Below are positions 1-12,016 of a DNA stretch of 64,000 nucleotides, piece after piece. A program made the translations under genes and the position numbers. Source of the DNA: Octopus sinensis (Eukaryota); assembly GCF_006345805.1 (NCBI RefSeq), contig NC_043006.1:98580001-98644000 (forward strand), given 5' to 3'. Below the pieces are notes generated by a model. The model did not search any database, was not told where the DNA came from, and saw only the letters and a program-made list of their open reading frames with translations. The first letter of the stretch is position 1. Every line of letters begins with the position of its first letter.

Positions 1-1223
1 CAGTTCCAGCGGTTTTTTTTTATGTAAATTTTTTAAAAGGTTTAATAAAAAATAGCAACTAATTAATCAATAATGTTTACAACTTCTTCCCAACGTTCAA
101 CAAGATTTTCAATAATTCGTTGGTAGAAATCACCCGATTTCGACTCGAAAAATTGATCCAGCCATGCACTCAATTTTGCATCAGTATTGAACGAAACTCC
201 GCGCATATCCTAGAAAAAGATCGAAAGAGGTGGAAATCCGTTGGTGCCAAATCAGGAGAGTACGGCGGATGTAGCAGCATTTCCCAGCCATGCGTTTGAA
301 TGTCTTCCTTGGTCATATTGTCGATATATGGGCAGGTGTTGTCGTGCAGCAGAAGAACTCCCTGCTGCCGATTGAGTCTTTTCTCTTGAATAGCCGTGTT
401 GAGTCGTTCCATCTGTTGAACATAGAGTTCCGCGTTGACTGTTTGGTTCCGTTCAAGCAATTCGTAATGGATAATCCCTTCCCAGTCCCACTATACGCAT
501 GACATAGTTTTACGCGGTTGAATATTTTTTTTCACGCTTGTTTACCGGGGCTAAGCCATTCCTTACGCTGCTTCATATTGATGTACAGGCACCATGTTTC
601 GTCGCTAGTAACGATTCGGTTAAGAAATCTTTGCTTGTGTCCAAGAGTTGAGCGGTGACGAGCAAGCAATACAGCGGAGATTGTGGCTTGATGATTTTTG
701 TTGTTGTCACTTAAAGCATGCGGAACCCATGCCCCATACTTCTGAACCATTTTCATCGAGTGAAGATGCTTCTCTATAAAATTATGGGAGCATTCCATTT
801 TTTCTGCCAGTTCCCTTGTCGTTTGACGAGTATTTTCGTTAAAGTTGGTTTAATTGCTCTTCATCGAACACAACTGGACGGCCAGAACGAGGTACACCTT
901 TGAAGTCAAAATTTCCATTTTTGATCTTGGCATAACAATCACGAGCGGTTCTTTTGGCTATGGCACCCTCTCAATACACAGCACAAATGTCGCGAGCAGC
1001 TTTTGCGACCATAGAACCTTGATTAAAAGCAAAAAGAAGGAGGTGTCGAAAATGCTCATTTTTCTTAATTTCCATTTTAATGATCTGAAAATAAACAAAA
1101 GTAACTAAAAATAACTAGAAAAAAAAAAATAGATTCCAAAATGATTCAAAAATAGAATTCTCGAAAGAAATAGATTCCAAAATTTAAAAAAAATTCGGCT
1201 TGAACTTAGTTACCAACAAAATA
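1..1223 (-). mobile_element. Decayed mariner (Tc1/mariner) DNA transposon; left TIR cut by the window edge
   Basis: The minus strand from the ATG at 1075 reads MEIKKNEHFRHLLLFAFNQG...RSGRPV. It continues with WVPHAL and RIVTSDETWCLY (ORF 532-798), LLLHDN and LLHPPYSPDLAPTDFHLFRS (ORF 170-460), and ends ENLVERWEEVV..IID near 63. The right end 1196-1223 (reverse complement tattttgttggtaactaagttcaagccg) resembles window start cagttccagcgg. Confidence 0.9.
63..1075 (-). pseudogene. Mariner transposase pseudogene (stops and frameshifts)
   Basis: WVPHxL and YSPDLAPxD mariner motifs are present, broken across several frames. Confidence 0.9.
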
Positions 1224-2309
1224 GTATAGCAGTATATCATATTATTTAATATAAAACTTACCATTTTTGCCAATATAAATAAAAGATATGTTCAACTTTT
1301 AATCCTGCTGATATCATAGCAGAAGAATCTAAAGTTACACATAAATCTATAATACTTATTATTGATGCTATCTTTGCCGCTAAGGACACGGAAAATATTA
1401 GTACAGCCATAAACCACGTCACAATAAATATCACAAGTGAGCTTCAAGTAATATACAATTTTGTCACTAATACAACTAACTGCGCCATGTCCAATATCAA
1501 CCCTTATCGTATATATGCTTGTTTACATTGCCATTGCACACATGAAAACTCGTCTTTTATACGTTTTCTAAATAGTTTGGTTATGAAACATTCCTTGAAA
1601 ATCTATATAGAACATGGATTTATTTATCAATGTTTTTCTCTTCATTTCCATTATCGCATTAGCGTCGTGCAAAGAACTACCTACAGAAAAATGGCGCTGA
1701 AAGATATTAAAAAACCAAAGCAGAAATAAACAGCGAAAAAGTTGTCGAGCAGCGAACGATAAAGAGAGAGGTAAAAATAGAGAATGTAGTTGAAAACGGG
1801 GCTTATGAATAAACAAATATCATCTATTGTATGTAACATTACGAACATATATTTTGAATGAAAATAATCAGAAGAAAAGAGTGAAAAACAAAGGAAAACA
1901 AGAAAAAAGAGAGACGACTAGCGTCTAATTTAATGAAAAGGCGAAAAGAAAAAGAAAGTAGAAGATTGATTGGATAAAAAACATACCAATCATGACCATA
2001 GTGACAACGGTGTTGAAGAGGAGAAGGTGAGGTGTATGTAGTCTTTCCCTCCTAGTGATTGTGATGAAGATGTTGGCCGTAGTGCAAGTGGAGTATATAT
2101 AAATGTTTATTATGATGATGAACGGCAGTAGTTATACTAAAGGTAGAAGTTCAGATGTCGTTGCTGCTGATGAAAGATGTATCTGAGAAGACAAAAAATG
2201 AAGCAGCCCGAATGCAGGAATACAGAGAATCAATAAGTTAGCTTTTAGAAAAAAATTATGGACATTGCTGTAGGTAATTATTATTAATAAAAGTAGTAAT
2301 ACTTTTTAC

Positions 2310-2400
2310 TTTAGGCACAAACCTTGAAATTTTGGTGGGAGAGTGCTAGTTGATTAAACTGGTACTTATTTTATTAGGCACAAGATTAGTGACTAAAATT
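2310..2400 (-). mobile_element. Decayed SINE fragment (3' part of the family seen at 4727)
   Basis: aggcacaaaccttgaaattttggtggga...aactggtactta matches the reverse complement of the SINE 3' half, compared by eye with 4727-4920 and 47112-47330. Confidence 0.5.
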
Positions 2401-2469
2401 GGATGTTTATTCCCTATACCTCAATATTGACCCCAATATGAACGCCTTTGAAAAAACTACCACAGAAAA

Positions 2470-4430
2470 TGTTTGTCTAATTTTCTCTGTAATTTATTCA
2501 AGTTTGTGATACGAAGTAACACAATTAAGTTTGGACGAAAATTTTGCCAGCAGCCAGGGAGTTGCGCTTTGAGTGGCAGCAGAGCTGATAATTTCACTTA
2601 CGTCTTCATGACCTTAATGAAATTAACAATTAACGGATACATTCAAACCTCTTTACGGCCATGAAACAATGCTCCGCTTACGGTTCACGATTACAAACTC
2701 CAAACAGACACACCAAAAAAATGGTAACATTAAGAAACCACATTCGCCAGAAGTCTGTTTTAATAAAGAGTACAAATCAAAAACTGATATTCTTTCTCGC
2801 ACAAACATTGAACCAAAGGAAGATGCCATCAGGTTCAGCACTTTCAAATCTGAAATTAAAAAGACTGGACGCGAAAGCATACAAGATAATAAGAAATAAT
2901 TTCCTCAATGACAAGAGAAGCTCCAGTGTAAGGGACAACAGTAGGCTTCTAAAAGACCTAAATGAAGATCAAAATGTTAGGGGGCCTGTGTCAGTCAATT
3001 GGCATAGATAAGGAACCCGTTCCCTTATATCTACATTCTTTTCTGCTAACGTGGCAGTTGTGTGAGAAGGTTCTTTATGTGTGCGAGGCCTGGTGTCACT
3101 TTGTAGCTGGTTCACTAGCTTAATGATCTCAAGATTCTAGGTTTCTCTGCAATAGCTGTAGGAGAGAAACATGCAATGTTAACCCTCTTTGTTATAACTC
3201 TTAGAATTGCACATCTGTGACTTGACTTCGTGTATCGTGTGGGGTGAAAATACTGTTCAATCACCGTGTACGCCCAAAAGGGATGATTTGGCAAGATTTC
3301 TTTAGGCATCTGAATGTTTTCCATAAATACCTCTGTTCACTAGCGTTTCCACGCTATTAGATCGTGACATTTAATTATATCTCGAATCTGTAGATTTAGC
3401 TGACAGGAGAAAAGATACAAAATCCTCGTAAATCTACTGAGTCCAACTGCAGAAATGTGGGAGGTGCGAGCTGCATCCAGTAATCCACATTGCATATAGA
3501 TCAAGTAGTCTTTAGGCTAATAGATAAGGAGAGCATAGATCTTTCCCAGATCACACATTTGCGATTTATATATTCTTCCAGCACATATTTCCTATGCAAT
3601 GACCTGGATACTGGAAACTAAAACCGTCTTCCGGGTACACAAAGTTTACAAAGAATTGACGAAGGCATAGAGAAGAGTGAGGCAACGTAGGCAGTCACCA
3701 ATATCCGATGCTGGCCAGTCCTGAAATGGATTATTAGATTTGAGATTCGTAAGGAAATAGTGATAGAGATGGCAACGTTTGAGAGGAGTGAAGTTAGGCG
3801 CCTAAAAGCCGCATATGAAAGTCATTGCGTCTGTAATATAGGTGGAATGATTTGGTCTTAATCAAAGCTTCAATTCGAAACATGAAAGTTTCTTTTGCAG
3901 AAAAAATAAGTGTAACCTAGGAAACAAAAAGCCTCTCGATATACCTGAATGAATGAGGGACAACAAGACGAGTAGACCTATATGTGTGCAGAGCGATGTG
4001 TATGCAGATGCAATGCTCCTTCACGTCATCACAGTTCTCAAGCATTGGTGAGAATAGCTGCTATCAAATAGAGAGGGATTCGTCTATCAGCCGGCTCTAT
4101 CCTGATTACCCTACCAGATTAATTTCCTGGAAAAGTCTGGCAAATTTCCTCCCTGGTGGCAATGTTTTGATAACTGATCCTTGAGGAACGAGTCATAACT
4201 TGAGACGAAAAATTCCTGCTTCGGCCCAACCCCAATCAACCTTTTCAGTTCCCAGTTAAGAAGAAAGATGTGTGTTGAAATAGGGACACTGCCCACCCAT
4301 CAAGCCAATGTATTGAAAGATCGGTGCATAAGGCGAGGATTAATTGACAGTATGGGCCTACACTAAGTTCGAAACCATACGATGGAGAGAACGGATGGGG
4401 AGATGCTTCCATTTTGTTCGTTTAATGGTA
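2470..4430 (-). mobile_element. Possible highly decayed Penelope-like retroelement
   Basis: GC-richer island. Minus-strand peptide scraps (STYITDAMTF, EDFVSF, KSTDS, P*RGLN) loosely resemble PLE RT and C-terminal motifs in the expected order. No intact motif. Confidence 0.3.
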
Positions 4431-4519
4431 AGGATGATCCACAATTTTTGGTGGGTTTTTGAGTTCTTGATTACACATGGTTAGGTACTATGGGATATTC
4501 TTGTTATAGCTAATCAGTT

Positions 4520-4628
4520 AATTATTATTAGTAGTAGTATAATAATAATTATTATTATTGATGCTGCTAGTATCATTAGTATTGCTATTGTTGTTGTTGT
4601 TATTGTTGTTCTTCTTTTTCTCTTCCTC

Positions 4629-4659
<31 letters not shown>

Positions 4660-4722
4660 CTTCTTCTTTTCTTCTTCTTCTTCTTCTTCTTCTTCTTCTT
4701 CTTCTTCTTCATGCCATTATTA
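4520..4722. repeat. Compound trinucleotide microsatellite (TTA/TAG/TTG/CTT)n
   Basis: Directly visible. Confidence 0.95.
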
Positions 4723-4726
4723 TTTT

Positions 4727-4920
4727 AAGGTGTAAGTTGGCTAAACCGTTAGCACAGTGGACGAAATGATTAGGCACATTTCGCTCGTCGCTACGATCTG
4801 AGTTCAAATTCCGCCGAGGTCGACTTTGCCGTTTGTTCCTACGGGTTCGATAAAGTGCCAGTTGCGTTCTGGGGTCGATCTAATCGACTGGCTTTCTCCC
4901 CAAGAATTTCGGGCCTTGTG
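4727..4920 (+). mobile_element. tRNA-derived SINE, family S1
   Basis: B-box-like gagttcaaattcc at 4800-4812 and central gtcgactttgcc...gtcgatctaatcgactgg. Related copies occur elsewhere in the window. Confidence 0.85.
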
Positions 4921-5106
4921 AAAAAAAAAATCAGCGTTTCAACTTTGTGTGATTTTATGTATGTTTGTTCGTGACAAGGAGAGTATTTGAATGTTTGTAT
5001 GTGTGATTATTATGTACCTTACTTATATATAAAATACTACGATTAGCCATCATTATTGACGGCTTGTGGTCAGCTAGTATCTTTATATTATATGTCTAAT
5101 GATGTT

Positions 5107-5491
5107 GTGGAGGCGCAATGGCCCAGTAGTTAGGGCAGCGGACTCGCGATCGTAGGATCGCGGTTTCGATATCCAGACCGGGCGTTGTGAGTGTTTATTG
5201 AGCGAAAACACCTAAAGCTCCACGAGGCTCCGGCAGGGGATGGTGGTGATCCTTGCTGTACTTTTTCACCACAACTTTCTCTCACTCTTACTTCCTGTTT
5301 CTGTTGTACCTGTATTTCAAAGGGCCGGCCTTGTCACTCTCTGTGTCACGCTGAATATCCCCGAGAACTACGTTAAGGGTACACGTGTCTGTGGAGTGCT
5401 CAGCCACTTACACGTTAATTTCACGAGCAGGCTGTTCCGTTGATTCGGATCAACCGGAACCCTCGTCGTCGTAACCGACGGAGTGCTTCCA
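5107..5491 (+). mobile_element. tRNA-derived SINE, family S2a
   Basis: A-box-like tggcccagtagttagg and B-box-like ggtttcgatatcc. The 3' ~185 bp is shared with 43340-43523. Confidence 0.85.
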
Positions 5492-6344
5492 AAAATGATG
5501 TTATATCTGTATCCGCACTTGTCTATGTTTAATAGAGAACATATGAGTATTTCTTTATAGAAAGACTTATAGGTGCATCTGTAAGACTGATAGAAACATG
5601 TATTGATACACACTACACACTTGTTCGAGTGTATATTTACGTATGCGTATGCGTATCTATTGTCGAAATGGACCTTAAAAGCAGAAAACAATAGCAAAAG
5701 ATTCTTCGAGCGCTAAACAAATATACACTTATAACAGCATCATGATTTCCAAGAAAATATTTCACTATAATAACAACACATCCATAGACAAACCAACCAA
5801 AATAACTACAGAAACAGCAACAACGAAATAAAGTATACACTCTGGCAGAAACAGTAAGAATAGCAACAGCAATGTCAGCAACCAACTGAGAAAAACAAGC
5901 TATGTAACGCAACTTCTAGAAAATTAATAATTAGGGATGCCGTCGATTTTCTTTCGTTGCCAAATGAAACCAACTGGATACTGACAGAGAGAGAGAGAGA
6001 GGAATTATTGAAACACAATGTTTCACTCTTTGATTGATTAGATATGATTGTTTGCAAAACAAATATTTGTACTCGGAAAAAAAGAAAATTGCGAAAAGCC
6101 AGCTGTTTCTGTATATGTGAAGTTAGTTATTATTTCGATCAAACACACTGAAATAAAATGCAAAAGTATTTCGTATAAGTAAAAATGCTCACGTATATCC
6201 ATTAGTTACACACATATATGTGCGTCTATGTGTTCATATATATGTGCACACATAAATTTGCAAAAAGACCTACAAACAATATACAAAAATATAGACACAT
6301 ATTTAAATATGTGAGTGGCTTTGTCTCTCTCTCGCTTTTTACCA

Positions 6345-6403
<59 letters not shown>

Positions 6404-6463
6404 CAAATCTATCTATCTACCTACCTATCTATCTATCATTCATCTATCTACAGTACTACCTAC

Positions 6464-6499
<36 letters not shown>

Positions 6500-6532
6500 T
6501 CTATCTGTCTGTCTATCTATCTATCTACCTAC

Positions 6533-6563
<31 letters not shown>

Positions 6564-6637
6564 CTACCTCCACCTATCTATCATCTATCTATCTATCTAT
6601 CTATCTACATACCTACCTACCTATCTATCTATCTATC
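6345..6637. repeat. (ATCT)n / GATA-type tetranucleotide microsatellite with ACCT and GTCT variants
   Basis: Directly visible. Confidence 0.97.
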
Positions 6638-7665
6638 TAATCGCGGTTCTAGGAGAGAAAGACTATGTGGGCAAATCATCGAATTCCTGCTTCAATTGGA
6701 TGAAGCAGCAGAGAGAAGATACCCACCGCTATAGAACTGCCAGGAGGCTACAAACTCTATATAGTGGTAGAGGGCAGGCGACCACGCTGCTATTTGTGTG
6801 TGGAAGCGAAACACCTTGAAAAAGACGTGCCCAACCACTGCACACCAAGAGCAACAACAACAACCACTACCACAACCAAAGCACTCCGGAAAAAAAGCTC
6901 TACTACCCACACCACCATCAACACAGAAGACGACAAGAGAAGCGCACCAAGCTGATCCGTCATCAACCAAAAACCATCGACACCTGGAAAAATACCAACA
7001 CTACCATCAACAGCAAAACCCAAAGAACAGAAAACAAAAAAACACACACAAACTGATCCCCCATCCCTTATACCGCACTCAACACACACAAACACTCAAC
7101 AACCAACAACAACGAAAACAACAACACAACCACTTACACAGACATACATAGAAGCCCACAACATACCCCTACCCCCTTCTGATTCATCCTCAGAAATTTC
7201 GTCGGAAGACGAAACCAGTGAGGAATGGCAAATAGCTACAAAAAGAAGGAAAATAAAGAGCAGAAACACAACAAACCAAATGCAAACACGAACAAAGCAG
7301 GGGGAAATACATCTCCCGAAGACATTTCAAAACCCAACGCAAACAACAGCCACACCAACACCACAAAAACATATACAGCAAACATGCTCACAGCCATAGA
7401 CACCAAAAACACAAATTTGATGGAATACATCCAATCAAAAACAAACATAACAGAAGATGACATAAAAACAAACAAACACCACCCATCACAACACCACCAG
7501 ACCACATCAAAATAATACAATCTCTCCAAAAGTCTGCACCACACACTCAAAGGCATTTTCCCCAGTGCGGTTGGTAAATGCCAAAAATATCTCACAAAGA
7601 AACTGTACTGGGATCTTCTCGAGGACAAACCAACGGAGGAGAAAGCAAAAACTTTCGAGCAGTAA
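6638..7665 (+). pseudogene. ORF1 3' part (gag-like, CCHC zinc knuckle), frameshifted as assembled
   Basis: VVEGRRPRCYLC..HL.K.C, then a low-complexity T/N/K-rich tail ending DLLEDKPTEEKAKTFEQ*. Confidence 0.8.
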
Positions 7666-7696
7666 GTAACCCTCTGTATTCTAATTCATTAGAACT

Positions 7697-10600
7697 ATGA
7701 TCAAGATTGGTTGTGTAAATGCGCGTGGCTTGGGGTCCCCTTGGAAACAAGGGTACCTCTTAAATGACATAAAGTCACATAAGTTAGAAATCATAGCCAT
7801 AAGCGAGACCAGACTCCACAATCCGCGGGCCCTAAAGACCATGTTTGGCGGACAGTTCAACATTTATTTTTCCCCCTGTCTGCCGAGAATGGGCGGTAGT
7901 GGCACCGCGGTACTTTTTCACAAGAGTCTGGATCTCAATGTAAGGACAATATTCGTAGACCCGGAGGGTAGACTGGTCGTCCTGGATGTCGACGGCAGCA
8001 ATGGGTGCGCTTTTCGGCTCGTATCAGTTTACGCACCGCCCTTAACAGGTCGGGCGGATTTCTTTCAACGTCTAGAAGTTTTCTTGGGAACGTCTCGTCC
8101 TTTACTCTTAGTGGGGGATTGGAATGCTACCTTGGACACGCATGTAGACTACGTGGGTAGAGATAGGAATAGACGGGGATGCAAATGCCTCAGAGACCTG
8201 CTCAGACGCTTTCAACTGTCTGACAGGTTCGACTAGACCACCCGAATGCGCCAACGTGGACATGGAGCAACCGCATCGGGTCGTCGAGATCGTATCTAGA
8301 TAGGATACTGTGTAGGACAGTAGATAGAGATAGCATAGGATGTCCACAATTCCACATAGTCAGCTACACGGATCACAAACTTGTGACATGTACGCTAGAC
8401 TTAGGTAAGACACTTAGGCAGGGTCCCGGATACTGGAAACTAAACGCGTCTTTCCCATCGAGACAGTTTTCAGAGACCGGATTAGCACACTAGTAAAGAG
8501 GGCTTTGACGGGAGCCATCATCAACAACAAATGGTGGTTTGCCCTCAAGAGCAGTAAAAGCAGAAGCGATTAGGTACAGCAAAGCACTAGCCATAGATAG
8601 AAGAGTAGAGGGTGAGCTAGTTAAGAAGCTAGAAGAGGCAATTAGAAGCGGCATCGCATCCGACGTTTTGGCGGCGAGGTTGGCCCTCGACCAACACTTC
8701 AACGCCAAACACGAAATGTGCTGTCAGAGCTAGGATGCGTGCTCTAAGAACGAAGGTGTTGGAGCCGCGAGAGAGGCCCGGGTGGCAGAGGCGCAACAGG
8801 GCAACAAAGCCACCATTCGGTCACTGGTAGATGAACAGGGGCGCGAATTGCTCGAGCCAAGTAAAATGTGTGAGGCCTTTCAGCAGCATTTTGCCCGACT
8901 GTTCGGAACGAGTGGAGGGCAAGAACGTAGGGTGGACTTCAGTGCCTACCTACATAGCCTACCACGACTCTCGACAAGAAAGGCAGGGTGCTGCGAAGGT
9001 GCCATCACGGCGGCGGAAGTGCGGGAAGCGATGGCAGAATGCTCGAGGGACAAATCACCGGGTTTGGATGGTCTACCCTACGAGCTTTACAATTGTATGC
9101 CAGACTTGTTTGGAGATCTCTTGGCGGCGGTGTACTGCAACTGGCAGCAAAACGGGAGCATTCCTGGTTTTGTGAGCCGAGGAGCCGTAACACTGCTGAA
9201 GAAAGATCTAAACAAGGGAAATGTAATAGATAACTTTAGGCCCATCACTCTGCTTAATGCAGACTTGAAAATTTTGGCCAAGGTGCTAGCCAAGAGGTTG
9301 GCGCTTGTCATCGAGAAACTGGTCGACAAGGCGCAAACATGCGCCGTGCCAGGCCGGACCATCCATGACAACCTCCATCTGATGCGCTACATCATAGACA
9401 GGGTAGTTAACGAACCTGGCATGGGTGGGGCCCTGATCAACTTGGATCAATCAAAAGCCTTTGATAGGGTAGACCATCGATACTTGGAGGCAGTCCTGAG
9501 AGCGGCTGGTTTCGGTCCCGTCTTCCGCGGCTGGATAGCTGCCTTGTACAGAGGCATCCGTTCGGTAATTCGCGTAAATGGACATCTATCGAGACCTTTC
9601 GACATTGCACGTTCGGTCCGTCAAGGATGCCCCCTCTCGGCGCTTCTATACGTATTGACTCTTGATCCACTACTGCGGAAGCTGGCGACTCTAAGGGGCA
9701 TCCCGCGAGAATTGGGATGCGGGACGAGCGTGTCTGCATACGCGGACGACGTCACCGTCATAGTGTCTAGCCACGAGCACATCGAGCTGGTCGGCGAGAC
9801 ACTGAAAAACTACGAAGCGGTGACAGGAGCGAAAATCAACCGGGAAAAGTCAGTGGGCTTGCGACTAGGCACCTGGAGAAGCAAGCCCATGCCGTCCACC
9901 AGCGCCTCCGTCGTGGGACGCTGGACCGACGGCCCGGTTGAGTTGCTCGGGGTCTGGTTTGGTCCGGACCTCCAAGTGGAGAAGAACTGGAACGAGATAA
10001 CGAGTAGGGTGGTCACTCTCGCCCGGCAATGGGCCGAGAGGAAACTGTCCCTAAAAGGTCGAGCGGAGGTGGCGAACACGTACATCGCGTCCGTCATCTA
10101 CTACCGCCTGACCGTCGTACCTTGTCCCGACCCTACCATCACCAAACTACAACGCATCCTCTTTCGCTTCTTGTGGAAAGGATGCGTCCCCATGGTCAGG
10201 CGATCCATTTGCTGTCAACACCCGTTAAAAGGAGGGCTGGGCATGCCGTGGTTGATGATGCGCAGACACGCGCTGAGACTGCGACATCTCTGGCTCTATG
10301 TAGACGACGGTGAACAGGTGTGGTCGCCGTTTGTGAGGCACGCTTTCCCGCAGCTCGTCTCCATGACCGAACTGCAGTCGTGGATCAAAAAGAGGCCGAG
10401 AAGGGCGAATGGCACCGCGAGTGTCGCGTTGCTCTCAAGCAACTCTGCCGTCCTGGGTCGACCTTAAGTGACTTCAACACAACCAAAGCATTCTATAGGG
10501 GTTTAGTGGAGGGGAGGTACGACGACGAGCTCGGGGCGAACCTGGACGTCGACGAGGAGTACCTGACCCGCCTGTTCGGGACGACTTTCGGGCCAGGGCC

Positions 10601-11123
10601 CATGGACAACTTCCAGAGATCCCTGGCCTGGCAGTGCTACCGAGAAGCGCTACCCGTTCGGGATAAGCTCTACAGACACGGCTCGAGAAACACGGGGCCG
10701 ACCTGCCCGAGATGCGGTCAGAGCGACGAAACCGTTCTGCACGCACTCGTTCAGTGTCCAACAATTTCCGACCTGTGGGCTTATGTCGAACAACTGCTGT
10801 CACGTGTGGGACGAGTCGGTTTATCAGCTGAGTCTATCGTCAATATTGTCACGCCTCCTTCCTTCAAACGGGAAGGAAGAGCTATTTTCATCATCCTTGT
10901 GGCTATGGCGAAAGAATGTATCTGGTGGACGCGTCTGAAAGGATTGGAGACAAACACTTTCCTCTCTGGTCAATCTCTCATCAACTTCTTCAAGTACCAC
11001 TTGAAAAGGAAAGTGAGAGTAGAGAGGCAAGTTTTGTCTAGCGAATGTTTTAAAAAAAGATGGGTGAATGTAGCAAGAATGGCACGTATGAATGACGAAG
11101 CCACCTTGAGCATAGTCCTATGA
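7697..11123 (+). CDS. LINE ORF2: APE endonuclease, reverse transcriptase and C-terminal zinc finger (~1140 aa; a few 1-bp frameshifts as assembled)
   Basis: Endonuclease: GCVNARGL, ISETR, VGDWNA, TDHKLV. RT: KSPGLDGLPYE, FRPITLLNADLKIL, LDQSKAFDRV, SVRQGCPLS, AYADDV. Zinc finger: CPRCGQSDETVLHALVQC. Confidence 0.9.
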
Positions 11124-11524
11124 ACCCAGAAATCGAAAACAGAGAGTTGCTTATTTGCAAAAAAAAAAAAAAAAAAAAAAGAAATATAAAATGACTTCAT
11201 TGACCGAGGTTACCGTGGTCTTTTCCGCAGGCTTTTCTTTCCACGGGTAAACCTCACCTGTCCTCCCCTTTACACTTCATATTGACATTTCTGTGATAAC
11301 GATCCCTATTGATCATTTTTTTTTCCTCTCCCCCCCCCCCCTTTTTTTTTTTTTTTAACCCCCCCTTATTTTTGTCCCCTTTCTCTCCTTTTACGATCCC
11401 TTTTGATCGAACCTCCCCCTTCCTTTTTTTTTTTTTTTTTTTTTTTTTAATACCTTCAAAAGAAAAGCTCTACCTTGTAATTTGTTCTATCTGTGTGCAG
11501 CCCTGTGTGGCTAATAAAGAAACA

Positions 11525-11559
11525 TATCTATCTGTCTGTCTATCTATCTATCTACCTAC

Positions 11560-11618
<59 letters not shown>

Positions 11619-11738
11619 CTACCTATCTATCTATCTATCTATCTATCTATCTGTGTGTCTGTCTGCCTGCCTGTCTATCTATCTATCTATCTATCTATCT
11701 ATATATCTATCTATCTATCTATCTACATACCTACCTAC

Positions 11739-11780
<42 letters not shown>

Positions 11781-11796
11781 GTCTGTCTATCTCTAT
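11525..11796. repeat. (ATCT)n microsatellite between the two LINE copies
   Basis: Directly visible. Confidence 0.97.
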
Positions 11797-12016
11797 CACA
11801 ATGGACGGACGCTAGTCATATCGGCTCCAAGTAAGTTGGCCACTTTTACATGTTTAAAACTCCTTGTTGTCAAATATTTTGTTTTAATCGTTGTGCAAAT
11901 TCATTCACTAAAAAACCTGAGAATTATTCACGTAGAATTCCGCCCCTGTATGGGCGAAATTACAAAAAAAACTTTCAAAACTTTCGTGGGTTTTTTAGCC
12001 ATTTTTCATTTTGAAA

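Larger units (their letters stand above)
6638..11524 (+). mobile_element. Tx1/L1-clade non-LTR retrotransposon, copy 1, 5'-truncated inside ORF1
   Basis: Starts at aatcgcggttctagg, equivalent to ~12988 in copy 2. Contains the ORF1 3' part, an APE-RT ORF2 and a 3' UTR ending AATAAA-gaaac-(ATCT)n. Confidence 0.93.

Noticed and set aside
2166-2195. CTGATGA-A-AGAT-GT-ATCT-GAGAA
   Set aside because: GAAA is replaced by GAGAA and there is no stem III or stem I; likely chance.
4727-5200. tRNA genes suggested by A/B boxes (also 43201-43270)
   Set aside because: No cloverleaf, and they continue into SINE bodies; these are SINE heads.
6218-6734. ORFs of YLSI/IYLS repeats (also 11309-12027, 17854-18409)
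   Set aside because: Translations of (ATCT)n microsatellite, not genes.
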